The translations under genes and the position numbers were made by a program. Shown here one piece after another: positions 10,855-21,555 of a stretch of 64,000 nucleotides of DNA; the stretch's first letter is position 1; each line of letters opens with the position of its first letter. The notes beneath the pieces were generated by a model, which saw only the letters and a program-made list of their open reading frames with translations, did no database searches and had not been told where the DNA came from. This DNA is from Epithemia pelagica (lineage: Eukaryota; Protista; Bacillariophyta): assembly GCA_946965045.2 (NCBI GenBank), contig OX337240.1:2356001-2420000 (forward strand), given 5' to 3'.

Positions 10855-12093
10855 ATGAACCCTCAAAAATCTCTTTCACGATCGGCTGCTTCCTCCGTCT
10901 CGTTGGCACCGACAGTTGCCTCCGAGACTGAAGCCGAGGCGGAATCCTGGGCATCGTGGGAAAGCATTTCACCTATTGAGCCTCATACTGGCTACAAAAA
11001 GGTCTTGGTGACTGGAGGTGCCGGTTTCATTGGTAGCCATGTCGCTGCTTACCTTCTCGAACGTGGTGACGATGTTGTCATTGTCGACGAAATCAATGAC
11101 TACTACGATGTGAATATCAAAATGCAAAACTTGCACCTCTTGAAACAACAGTATGGCAGTGACAGACTCAAGATCTTCAAGGGTGATATTTGTGATGTTC
11201 AACTCATGACATCAATTTTTGAGGAGGAACAAGCACAATGGGTGTGTCACATGGCGGCTCGTGCCGGTGTTCGACCATCCATTCAAGACCCCTATGTGTA
11301 CATTCATTCCAATATTGAAGGAACGACACGTCTCATGGAGCTGTCGGCCAAGTATGGTATTCAAAACTTTGTCTTTGCCAGTTCTTCCTCCGTCTATGGT
11401 GGCTCCAAGTCGACACTGTTTTCCGAAGAAGAGGTGGTGGACAATCCTGTCTCACCCTATGCCGCTTCCAAAAAGGCTTGTGAATTACTCGCGTACACGT
11501 ACCATCACTTGTACAAACTCAATGTATCGGCGCTGCGGTTTTTTACCGTCTATGGTCCCCGCGGCCGCCCGGACATGGCTCCCTTCAAGTTTATTGACCG
11601 TGTGAGTCGAGGTCAAACGATTCAGCAATTTGGCGATGGATCCAGCAGTCGTGACTACACATATATTGATGATATCGTGAATGGTGTGGTGCGAGCCATT
11701 GATCGTCCCTACCCCTATCAAATCTTCAATTTGGGCAAGGGCAGTGGAACCTCATTGAAGGAGTTTATTGGCTTGGTACAGTGCAATGTCGGCAAGGATG
11801 CCCAGATCAAGGTATTGCCCGATCAACCAGGCGATGTTCCGTACACGTGTGCGGATGTCGGCAAGGCTGCCCATTTGCTGGGCTACAAGAGTTCTATTTC
11901 GTTTGAAGAAGGCATTCGAAGAACTGTCGAATGGTACAAGGAAGCCTATCCGCAAGAACCCGTCGTATCGGAAAGCAGCATTGTGGAATCGACCTCGTCG
12001 GTAGACTTTAGCAATGGATACTTTGTCGTGGGAGAGCCATCGAAGGGACCACCCAAGCTCGGTTGGGAAGATTCCTCAGGGTACGGAAGTTAA
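10855..12093 (+). CDS. GAE: UDP-glucuronate 4-epimerase, copy 2 (inverted paralog)
   Basis: 412 aa with the same motifs; the catalytic core differs from copy 1 at three residues by my alignment (M/I, I/V, S/C). Confidence 0.85.
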   Translation: MNPQKSLSRSAASSVSLAPTVASETEAEAESWASWESISPIEPHTGYKKVLVTGGAGFIGSHVAAYLLERGDDVVIVDEINDYYDVNIKMQNLHLLKQQYGSDRLKIFKGDICDVQLMTSIFEEEQAQWVCHMAARAGVRPSIQDPYVYIHSNIEGTTRLMELSAKYGIQNFVFASSSSVYGGSKSTLFSEEEVVDNPVSPYAASKKACELLAYTYHHLYKLNVSALRFFTVYGPRGRPDMAPFKFIDRVSRGQTIQQFGDGSSSRDYTYIDDIVNGVVRAIDRPYPYQIFNLGKGSGTSLKEFIGLVQCNVGKDAQIKVLPDQPGDVPYTCADVGKAAHLLGYKSSISFEEGIRRTVEWYKEAYPQEPVVSESSIVESTSSVDFSNGYFVVGEPSKGPPKLGWEDSSGYGS

Positions 12094-12465
12094 GTTGGCC
12101 TTTTCTGGTTACAGTCCATTTTCCAAGCTAAAAGTATTGTAGATTACGCGCTCTTCACTGGTTGAAAATATGCTAGACTTCGTTTCATAAACACACAAGT
12201 CTAAATTTATTGATTATGTCATGGGATATCAATATCAGCGGAAGTTTAAAATGTTTCGCAACTGCCACTTTGTTTTTGAAGAGAAATGCTAGAAAATGTG
12301 GTCCAATTTTAATACATGTGTGATGAGATGGAGTTGAGAGTGAGATGATTTCCTGTTGACAGGTGAATCATTGTATGGGTCGGGAGACTATTGACTGTGG
12401 ACGCAACGTAATGGCAGACAGGACAGTTGGATTAGGCGAGGACGAATTCAAACAATGCAGTTGGA

Positions 12466-13643
12466 CTAGGCAAGGACAAATCCAAAAACCAAGGCCGTGA
12501 CACCCAGTAGGTAGTTTGTCATGGCATGATGGACCGAGTGAGCACCCGACTTGTCTTGGCCCTTTTCCACACCGTCGCAGGTCAATCGATGATTTTCGGC
12601 TTCGTACACAGCATGCAGGGCAATGCTAAACCGATCCGTTTGATCGTAATCATCACAGGTACTTTCAATCACACCACCAACTGTATTGGAACAATCGACA
12701 CTGAATCCAAAGGCATTCCTTCCAAATCCACCTCCTTGACAAAATTGAATGGCACAACTGGTACAGTCCGTTCCACCGTACGATGCCGTACAAGTGGTTC
12801 CCAGAATATTTTGAGGATTGAAGGTGGCTTCCATGCAAAACTCGCGATCATCCCCTTCCAAATCGGCACAGGCGGCAAAAGATCCCCCCGTGTCGGTCAC
12901 GGCAGCCGAGGATGAAATGACACCACTTTGTCTGTTAATGGTGAAGGAGCAATCGTTACAGGCAATGTTGACACCATCATCTTGACAGGCACATCCATCA
13001 ATGCCGGGAGGAACCACCTCCGAAATCCCAGCCAAGAATCGGTCGCATTGCGCTACGGCTTCTTCAGCAGCACATTCCGAGGGATGATTTTCAATTTCGT
13101 AGACACTGTGCAATTGCACCGAAAAGGGACGAGCCGTATCCATGGTTCCACAGGTACTTTCGACAGCTCCACCAGCAATGTTGGAACAATCGACTTGAAA
13201 ACCAAATTGATTGTTACCGAATCCACCTCCTTGACAAAATTCAATGGCACAACTTACACAATCGGTTCCATCATACGTCATGGAACAGGTGGTTCCTTGA
13301 ATGGCGAGTGGATTGAAATTGGCCGTCATGCACATTTGCGGAATGGTCGAGGTGGACACTTGCAAATCGCTGCAAGCCGTAAAGGATCCACCGGCGGACA
13401 GGGTGGCATCGGATTTGATGGTACCCTGTTGGCCGGCAATGGTAAAGTCACATCGATGACAATCAATCGCCGTTCCATCGGCCTCCTCACATTCCCATCC
13501 GGCAATGCCTGCGGCAAGTTATCCCCAATCGCGGTCAAAAACGTGGTACAGGAATTCAACTCACGATGATCCCGAGTTTCGCTATCCATGGCCGACGCCA
13601 AGGAACCAAGGCTGATCAAGGAGAACAACGACAAACGAATCAT
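12466..13643 (-). CDS. Secreted, probably GPI-anchored Cys-rich protein with two tandem domains; 1-bp frameshift near 13515
   Basis: Signal peptide MIRLSLFSLISLGSLASA from ATG 13643. Two homologous Cys-rich domains (GTTCSMTYDGTDCVSCAIEFCQGGGFG / GTTCTASYGGTDCTSCAIQFCQGGGFG). Hydrophobic C-terminus after SGA. The frame switches at GDNL/AAGIAG, which aligns with SEVVPPGIDG in repeat 2. Confidence 0.7.
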
Positions 13644-14494
13644 GATTCTATGTTCTGTGCAAAAAAAGCGAGGAAAACGGATGTGAGCACTTTGAACTCT
13701 CAAATAAACTCTCTCAGACATTTCATATCGATTCATATTCCGTCTCGACAAAGCAACAAACTCTCTCGCAAGGAGACGCGTTTCTTCTTACCCAACGGCA
13801 ATCCAATTCTATTTGGTATGGTGTAGAGATCTAGGTATCTCTCTTGTCGTTGTTGTGGTTGATCGGATTTTCTCTAATCTTTTTTTGGATCTCGTCTTCT
13901 TTTTGCTTGATTCTTCGGATGGCGACGACATGCGTGGTCGACACCCCGAGCCCCGAGAGAGAAACCGTCATATCCCGGAAGATTACAACATAAGCCCAAT
14001 AGATCCGTTAGGATTCACTATAGTATAATTTGTAGCACCATTATTTATTGTTGGCCATCTGGAAGCACATTCAAAACCATGGAGCGAGCGCTCGATAGTT
14101 GTCATTGTATGTACTATGTAGAGTAAACACAGGATACTACCTATCATTCTTTCTTCCTCTTCAACGGTCACCAAGTCACACATGACATATCCAAAGTGTC
14201 CAACCGGGACACGAAACCATAATAGATCCCGTATATCCACTTCGACGTAACATAGCTACTCGTATCGTCCCAAAATCCTCATCCGTTCGGTGGTCGAGCA
14301 TTATTCTGGAAAGAAGAGATGCCATGATGATTCCATTTCTTTGCGGTATTCGTCAAAGCTCGAAATAATCATTTTACGATAGGTTGAAAACCGGACTCCT
14401 GGAATAGTGAGTGGCTCAGCACGTGTGTACCTGGCTTCATTCCGTTTCTGTTGATGCAACGTTATAGCTTTCGACACATCCAATATCACCCAAA

Positions 14495-15832
14495 TTGTTG
14501 ACCGCTTTCTCAATCAAAGCAAGAGACTGGCCACGACAACGACAAAGAGAGGGATCCAATAACTCCGCAATAATGGTAGCGCAACAACCAAATCAACAAC
14601 CACATATGTGGTCAGGATCAAACAAAACAATTCAGCAACTTGAGCAGGAAAGAAATGCTTTCTTGGATTCTTTGGAGCCGCAAGAGTGTGTAAGACGGCT
14701 GCGTGGAAAGCACTTCTCGCACATGGAACATGTTTGGGGCGAATCGACGTATCGCCTCGCCACTCCGGCCCTAGACTTTGACAACATTACGCGAAACCCA
14801 GCTCAGGGTGGATTATATCAATCTTGCTACCGACATATTTCAAACGAGATCAGAGATCCGGACTGGACATCTGGCACGGCGAACCATACGGGCAATACGG
14901 AGAAAATCGACCCAGTTGGAAACCTCGGTGGGCAGGCGGCCCATTTGCTTTCTCATACCAAGATCTGCCATAGAGCTTATCCATTCCTTGCCGAGGCAGC
15001 CATTGGAATTAAGATCGAAGATCTTGGGCTCAACGGACACATGCACACAAACCGGCGTAAACTCCTGGTGGGGGTTAAGGGAGGCTTCCAATACACATCA
15101 TTAAAGGGCCACAAATTCAACAAAATGTATTTGAAACTCCAGGGAGAGCATTTTGATTCCGATAAGCCATCTGTGTTGATCGTTCCACTGTTGCCGCTGG
15201 ATCAGATTTTGAATTGGGCCACGGACGATCATCACGCGGTTGACTATGACGCGGCCGTCTTTACCTTTGGTCCTAGAAAGGAAACAGTGGCGAGGGAGAT
15301 ACTTCAGTTAGCAAAAGGCATTTGCAGTCCAGAGGAAATAACTACGGCGTGTCAAAATGTGAGTCATTTTATGAAGGGTATTGCGGGTCACCTTCTGTGC
15401 AAGAACGTATTTGAATCACTACCCGAGGAGTATTTTACTTCGAAAAACGCCACTCTTTTACGCTGGAAAAAACTCATCACTGAACATTTGCAAATCAAGC
15501 GTGAGATAACGATTCCCATTCCCCTTACCCTTCCGCCAAATGTTAATGTACGAATTGCGAAGGCTCGTATGAGCAGGGGAACTTCGCTACCAGATCCTTG
15601 GTTGCTCCTTGCCAAATCTGCAATTAATTACTCTGCGTCGAATGGCCAGAAGCTGATGACAGCATGTCCCCCAAGCGATGACAGCGACAGTGAAGATGAT
15701 GACTACGAAATCTCCATTGGTTGCTATACCAACGACAAGGAACAAACGGACTCCGAGGACGCTGCTGTTCGAGCTAGTTACTACAATGAAGCATTGCGTC
15801 GGGGTGGATTTCGCAGCGGAACTACTGTATGA
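14495..15832 (+). CDS. HNH-like (HNH_2/Crinkler-type) nuclease domain protein
   Basis: 445-aa ORF, likely ATG 14573. IDPVG...QAAHLLSH..C and NKMYLKLQGEHFD resemble the AAHI...NGLLL...H..FD pattern of HNH_2 nucleases; C-terminal PDPWLLLAKSAINYS motif and acidic tail. Confidence 0.55.
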   Translation: MLTAFSIKARDWPRQRQREGSNNSAIMVAQQPNQQPHMWSGSNKTIQQLEQERNAFLDSLEPQECVRRLRGKHFSHMEHVWGESTYRLATPALDFDNITRNPAQGGLYQSCYRHISNEIRDPDWTSGTANHTGNTEKIDPVGNLGGQAAHLLSHTKICHRAYPFLAEAAIGIKIEDLGLNGHMHTNRRKLLVGVKGGFQYTSLKGHKFNKMYLKLQGEHFDSDKPSVLIVPLLPLDQILNWATDDHHAVDYDAAVFTFGPRKETVAREILQLAKGICSPEEITTACQNVSHFMKGIAGHLLCKNVFESLPEEYFTSKNATLLRWKKLITEHLQIKREITIPIPLTLPPNVNVRIAKARMSRGTSLPDPWLLLAKSAINYSASNGQKLMTACPPSDDSDSEDDDYEISIGCYTNDKEQTDSEDAAVRASYYNEALRRGGFRSGTTV

Positions 15833-16499
15833 AATAAAGTCTTCGGAAGGGCGTTTGGGGAAATCAATAGTGCACGTGTTGTTAGCCCCGATCGTTTCTA
15901 CAACACAAGCACCAACCGAACTGACGACCATGACGAGCGCACCTTCCTTACAAACACTCCGACTCATTCTTCTGGCGGTCGTTTGTCTTTTGTTTCCCGT
16001 CCAAGGCTTTTTCATTCCCTCCATAACGACGACAAGGACGACATCTCATCATGTCCTCCACGACGCCTCGTGATGTTCATACTGTTTCTGTTTGAGTGCT
16101 CGGAGGGAGTCTTGGGAGGTGATATGAGGCTGCACATGGTTTGACTCAGCTTACTATTGTTCTTGCTGTTGCTGCTATGGCTAGAGTGGCTGGAGATAGC
16201 CTCGATCTTTGCTGGAGGTGGCACTAGACGGTGGAGCAATCAGACTCCGCATGCTACAAAACTGTAAATGGTGTTAACACTTGTAAGAAGCAATAAAACA
16301 ATCCATCTCGTGTATTTTGCATGTGCAAAAGGTATGGACAAGGAATCCCTGTGAGTTCCTAGATACAAGATAACAAGTGGGATTTGACGTAAGTTTGGGA
16401 AACTAGGGTACATCCGCAAGTTATGTGAATACAGAAAGCTGTCCGAGTGAACATTGGACGTGGTTTCAATTGCTGTGTGCTTGGATTAGGAACAAATGC

Positions 16500-17215
16500 A
16501 TGCCAAAGTCAAAAGAGGAAGAGGATTCTACTACGAAACGGATAAAGCAAGACCAACCACACGCTGCGGTGACTGTGAAATGGAATCGAAGTCCGACATT
16601 GATTCCAGCCGTCTCCTCCCGCTTTCCCTCTCCCTTGTGCCCCCGTCATGAGTTTTTGGGGTCGTTGTTGGCCTTGCTCGGTCCTTCCTTGTTTTATCTG
16701 GGATCCTTTTTGATTTTGTCCCCACCTCTCTTGTACTTTGTCTCGCCCCGGGCGTGCTTAACATCCTCATGCTGGACTGTCTCTTGTAAGTCTATCCTCA
16801 TACACCCTGGCCGGCCTTTCGAAGCTGTTATCAACTGTGGTACGAACGGTTCAAATTTGCATCACAATCTATTACTCGAGTCTTCAAAGGACAGCACCGG
16901 CGACAAGGACGACGACCAATCGTCTCTCTGCAAGACGGCCCGTATGAACCATTCCATTGAAAACGACATGTTGGCCATTCATGCCATGCATCATCATGGT
17001 GTCATTCCCATTCAAACATTTTTATGGATGACCTTTTTTGCAATCAATATTTACCCAATTTGTATGGTTTTGGTGCCACAACCGACATGGCCATGCGAAC
17101 ACCCTTGTTGCGACAAATCATGTTGTGGGGGAGTTCCGGACCTGCCACCAAGACCATTGTTCAATCCAAATTGGAAGCCGGTCATAACCTTTATGTCTTG
17201 CCTGGTGGTGTGGCG
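16500..17215 (+). pseudogene. DGAT2: DGAT2-family acyltransferase, frameshifted and 3'-truncated
   Basis: Hydrophobic N-terminus, GTAAGT donor near 16786, HHHGVIP (HPHG-like), then after a shift in the T-run at 17034-17039 CNQYLPNLYGFGATTDMAMRTPLLRQIM...LYVLPGGVA. The expected downstream RxGF/PxYxFG motifs are not found. Confidence 0.6.
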
Positions 17216-17728
17216 GTCTCTGTCGCTAGCTAGAGCTCTATTGAGTAGGAGTATATAGAGAGACCATGGTCTTTCTCTTGTTCGACCAAGAAGCACGAGT
17301 AGTTGTTCCCTACGGCGTCTTTCACAAACCACGAGACTACTAATGGTGAACTTCAGTCTACCTTATTTCAGGCGAATCATAGACTCGTTGGACCGGAACA
17401 CTCCTCTCCAGACCCAGAGGATCGGGGAGGAACGACCAAGCCGTTCTATGTCGCACCAGTCTGGCATTGTCCAACGAAAAAGGGTCTTCCAAAAGGCAAC
17501 ACACAACTCGTATCGGACGCCACCTTCATGAGACGAGTGACACAGGAACTGTACATATGACAAATTTTGAGCCTTTTTCGTGGGCTGTAGAAATCCACGT
17601 CGTTCGGCAGGCCGGGACGACACCAAATAAGCACATTTCTCATAGACCCATCCTCTCTCTCTCTCTCTCTCTCTCTAGAGTGATACGGGCCAAACTTTTA
17701 GTTGCGTGAACAGGTTTCGTCGTCGTAT

Positions 17729-18742
17729 TTAGGGATTCACTCGTTCTTGGGACCACGTTTGGGTGGACGCACTGTAGGTATCCACTTGTCGATACTGAGT
17801 TCCTCCTTTTCCCAAATAAAGGTAATCGACCCGATTGGGAACGAGCAGGACGAGCAAAAAATTGTCGGGTGGAGGTCCATTACTATCGTCAGTCAAAGAC
17901 GTCTTGTCGTCGTCGTCGACAAAGGCTTGTCCGGGAAGTCCGGTTTGAAAAAATGACTGACGAGCGGGAGGAGACAATTTGGTCCACAAGTCAAGTCGAG
18001 CTTGTGACAAGAGGGGATCTTTGTTGTTGTTGTTGTCGCATCGTACCAGGGCCTGTTCATTGGTTCGTCCGCCGGTTCCCACAAAGACCAATTCTCCTCG
18101 CAATCGATATTGTTCTCCCACCGTGGGGAACCACCACACAATTTCCGACCCAATACTGGACGCGGAATCACTGGTTTGTGCCAGGCTTTCCGTCACCTTG
18201 TCGGATCGGGCATCGGTACAGAATTGCAAGATCTGGGGCAAGGTGTTGTCGTCGTCGTCTTGTGAAGTAGACTGCACCAGACGGTGGTTGGCCGGTAACG
18301 AGACCCATCCTCGCATCACTACGGTACGACACCGAGGTTGACCCGTATGGACATTGGTCGTGGCCAATTGCACATAATTGGATCCACGAATCGGACGCGT
18401 CGCTGTCATGGTTTGTTCCAATCGGCGTCTCCAAGAGATTCGTGAAAACACGAATGGATCGTCTTGCTCTTGATGATTCGACGAGTCTGAGGATTGCATC
18501 ATGGAGCCCTTCTTCCGTCTTTGACACGAGTCACTCCGGCAAGAACCGTTCCGGTTGTTCGAACACGCTACCGAATGGAATGCTGTCTGGATCGAAAATG
18601 CTCTGGAACAGGAAACGGATGACGAGGAGGATGCCGTTGTGCTTGCGGCAAGATACACCCAAAAGGCAGCCTTTTTGAAGAATCGATGATCGCCACCCAT
18701 CCACTGTCGCATTGGATTCTCTCTGTTCTTGTGACCACACAC
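17729..18742 (-). CDS. Pyridoxamine 5'-phosphate oxidase-related FMN-binding protein
   Basis: YVQLATT...PRCRTVVMRG, LQFCTDARSDKV, EIVWWFP...EQYRLRG and FLLVLLVPNRVDYL motifs; start codon uncertain. Confidence 0.8.
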   Translation of the reverse strand: MCGHKNRENPMRQWMGGDHRFFKKAAFWVYLAASTTASSSSSVSCSRAFSIQTAFHSVACSNNRNGSCRSDSCQRRKKGSMMQSSDSSNHQEQDDPFVFSRISWRRRLEQTMTATRPIRGSNYVQLATTNVHTGQPRCRTVVMRGWVSLPANHRLVQSTSQDDDDNTLPQILQFCTDARSDKVTESLAQTSDSASSIGSEIVWWFPTVGEQYRLRGELVFVGTGGRTNEQALVRCDNNNNKDPLLSQARLDLWTKLSPPARQSFFQTGLPGQAFVDDDDKTSLTDDSNGPPPDNFLLVLLVPNRVDYLYLGKGGTQYRQVDTYSASTQTWSQERVNP

Positions 18743-18777
18743 ACAATGTCTCGCTCGCTCCGTTGTTGCCGCTTTCC

Positions 18778-19641
18778 CTCCGATTGCGGGGGTACCTCCC
18801 GTCTGCTGTCCATACGGTTATTCTCAAATTTTCCTAAAAAATGTTAAAATTATTTCTGTCAAATTTCTTTCGATCTAGCACATTATTATAACGTCCAAGC
18901 CAACTGTAATAACTGGCTTCGCCCTATTGTGTAGCCGCTTGCGCTCATGCATGACCGTGAGCCGTGAGACTTGACGAGACATGATGGACAAAGAAATCTA
19001 CTAGCCCATTTTGTACTCAATAGTCTATTGTTTCAGAAGCGAGTACTCTTTACGCAGTAGTGGATCTAGCTTCACGGAATCATCACACACACACACACAC
19101 ACACCAAACCATGAAATACACACACATGGTGCAATGCACCTCTAGAGGAGTATCAAAACAAGCTCCTGGCACTTTGTCTATGGGAAAGATAAAAGCATAG
19201 TCCACTGCTAGTTTAGGCTTCCTGCTTCCTGGGCTTACATACCCCATGATGACGCTGTCAACCAGTGCACTGGTTGATTGTTCATTGCACTGGTTGATTG
19301 TCATGTTTCATGTTGTCATCCTTCCTTTGATGCATTCCACCTTCACTTGTGATCTAGGTGGATGGTTTTGACCATAAGTTATCACTTTGGTCGTTCGTCC
19401 GGCTGGGTGGTTTTCTTTTGGTTTTTGGTGTGCTCAGTGCTCATGGTCGTCTTTTGTGGTGTTGCTCGAAAAGTGAGACGATTCTTGGCCCATGTGCCAG
19501 CAATACAAGGCGTGACCGGCGCGTCGATTTCGAACGATCGAAGGGAGGCTGGCGATATCACCCGGCTGGCGCTTTGGGAAAAAATACGAGACAATTTTTT
19601 TCCATTCGGATGACGGACGAACACAGGTACCCCCCCAATCG
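18778..19641. mobile_element. Non-autonomous derivative of the MULE at 22060..27943 (inverted relative to it)
   Basis: 18778-18810 is an exact 33-bp inverted copy of 27911-27943. 19590-19641 is an inverted match to 22060-22110 (cgattgggggggtacct.tgtt.gtccgtc.tcc). No TSD found. Confidence 0.7.
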
Positions 19642-19752
19642 CACCCTTTGTGAAGTGGATCCCACCAATCCTCCCAACGCAGTGCCACTCAGAGGAGTGG
19701 ATGTTTCTGGTATCTTTTAGGTCTACTCCCGAGATGTTCCTCAACAATATTA

Positions 19753-20502
19753 TTGCATACCAAAGTTAGACGCTCTAAAAGATATCTTCTAGGGATTGTC
19801 CATCGTGTGGTTGGAATTGGAACAACTGTAGCAACAGGAACAAGCCCTACGACCATGTCCTCGTCATCGTCGTCGTCGTCTAGTCGCGCTGGAAGGATTT
19901 CCCTCATCTTGTTTGGTCTGACGGCTGTGTTGGGAGGAACTGTGGGTTTGGTGAGTTTGGCGGTACCCCACTGGATCTGGAAGAATGCCAACAACAACAA
20001 CAACGAGTGTTTTGCCGGAGCGGTGGTGGTGAAGGACTCCAAACAAGTTCCATACGATTTAGACGAAAACTACAATGCTCTATCGACGACCCTGATTCGA
20101 ATGGTGGGACTGTTTCAAGCCTTGTTTTATACGACAACCGTCCTGCTCGGCCATTCCACCAAAATCTGCATCCTGGTGCTCGGTGCATCGGCCCTGCAGT
20201 CGTGGCTATTGGCCTCGTACTTGTCAACATCCTCTTCAACCAGCGACAGTACCAATAATGCGAACGACAGCAGCAAGTCTGATACAAACGACGACTGTTT
20301 GGAAGCATGGTGGCGCATCCTGTTGCTAATGGTGTCCGTTCTGGCTGGACTCGCCACCTTGGCTTCGAGTATTCATGACTATACTACAAGTCTCAATCAA
20401 CTGTCGTCCTTGTCCTCGGGGTCGTCCAAAAACGACAAGGCCACCATGGGTGAAACAACTCCTCTCCGTTCCGCTACCACTACACCACCCTCCTCCGTCT
20501 AG
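19753..20502 (+). CDS. Uncharacterised 4-TM membrane protein (paralog of 32444..33448)
   Basis: Four hydrophobic segments; shares the motif LGHSTxxCxLVxxAxxxQ with the protein at 32444..33448. Start may be the ATG near 19855. Confidence 0.7.
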   Translation: MHTKVRRSKRYLLGIVHRVVGIGTTVATGTSPTTMSSSSSSSSSRAGRISLILFGLTAVLGGTVGLVSLAVPHWIWKNANNNNNECFAGAVVVKDSKQVPYDLDENYNALSTTLIRMVGLFQALFYTTTVLLGHSTKICILVLGASALQSWLLASYLSTSSSTSDSTNNANDSSKSDTNDDCLEAWWRILLLMVSVLAGLATLASSIHDYTTSLNQLSSLSSGSSKNDKATMGETTPLRSATTTPPSSV

Positions 20503-20707
20503 TAGTTGGTGTCCGAACAAGGCCATCGATTGGACCGGTTGTACGACAGAGATAATGTGCTTCTCCAACAAATTCTGTTGTAGATTGCCATTGACATTAT
20601 CATGGGTGAATGTCTGTTCCACAGTACAGTACTATCCACCTACCTAGTGCAATCATGTCTACGCAACAAGTTGTTCTCAAGCTATTTGCCTCGTCTTTTG
20701 CTTTGTC

Positions 20708-20780
20708 ATGCCTGCCGCCACCCCCCTTTATCTCTCCATTATGCCTGCCGCCATCCCCCCTTTATCTCTCCATTATGCCT
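20708..20780. repeat. 33-34 bp tandem repeat x2 plus a partial copy
   Basis: atgcctgccgcca(t)cccccctttatctctccatt at 20708 and 20741, followed by atgcct. Confidence 0.85.
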
Positions 20781-21057
20781 TCCTAGGTAGCTTGATTGGA
20801 CATAATGGAGACGAATCACCCCGCCGTGATCCAGAAAGTCAACACGTCTTCCCGGATTGATGGCCGAAAGCCTCTTGGATTGATGCAAAGGAGTGAGTGA
20901 ATGTGAGCAGGGAGGGCTGGACAAGTCAAGGGATGGTCGGCCATTGTGGCAGTTGGAAAGAGCAGTGAAGGAAATGAACCATGAAGAAGGAATCTGCAAT
21001 GTATGGCTATTGCAGCAAACTGCGATCATTCACTCCCATGATTTCTATAGTGGTCGA

Positions 21058-21555
21058 CTAGTCCCTATTGAGCAGCTGCACAAGTTTGCCAAGTACCATG
21101 ACGACAAGTACAGAAAACTCATTGATCTTGTCAATCGTGTTCTCAAGAGAACTTCCGACACTGTCAATCTTCGTTTCGATCCTGTCCATGTGGTTCTCTT
21201 CAAGAAACGTTGCGATCCTGTCCATCGTCTTTTCGAGTCTGTCCATCTTCTTTTCGATCCTATCCATCTTCTTCTCTTCCAAAAAAGTCTCGATCTTCTT
21301 TTCGATCCTGTCCATGTATTTTTCAATCCTATCCATGTGGTTCTCGTCCAAAAAATCCTCAATCCTGTCGCTGTTGATCTCCAGAAAATCCTCTACATTC
21401 GTCCCTACCCTGTCAATGTTGTTCTCAAGGGTAGTTGCGCATGTTTCAATCTTGTGCTCCAGAAACCTGCAAAACCTGTCGAACTTGCTCGCATCTCCTG
21501 GCTGCCAAAGCAACAACAAGAAGATTGACACCAAGGCGGCAATCGGTGTCTTCAT
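21058..21555 (-). CDS. Small secreted coiled-coil protein with 7/11-residue repeats
   Basis: ATG 21555; MKTPIAALVSIFLLLLWQPGDA signal peptide; repeats MDRIEKK and (I)xxFLEENHMDR; hydrophobic C-terminal segment. Confidence 0.65.
   Translation of the reverse strand: MKTPIAALVSIFLLLLWQPGDASKFDRFCRFLEHKIETCATTLENNIDRVGTNVEDFLEINSDRIEDFLDENHMDRIEKYMDRIEKKIETFLEEKKMDRIEKKMDRLEKTMDRIATFLEENHMDRIETKIDSVGSSLENTIDKINEFSVLVVMVLGKLVQLLNRD

Noticed and set aside
12928-13569. 213-aa plus-strand ORF
   Set aside because: Antisense shadow of the Cys-rich surface protein.
17651-19105. (CT)n at ~17651-17678 and (CA)n at ~19082-19103
   Set aside because: Ordinary microsatellites.
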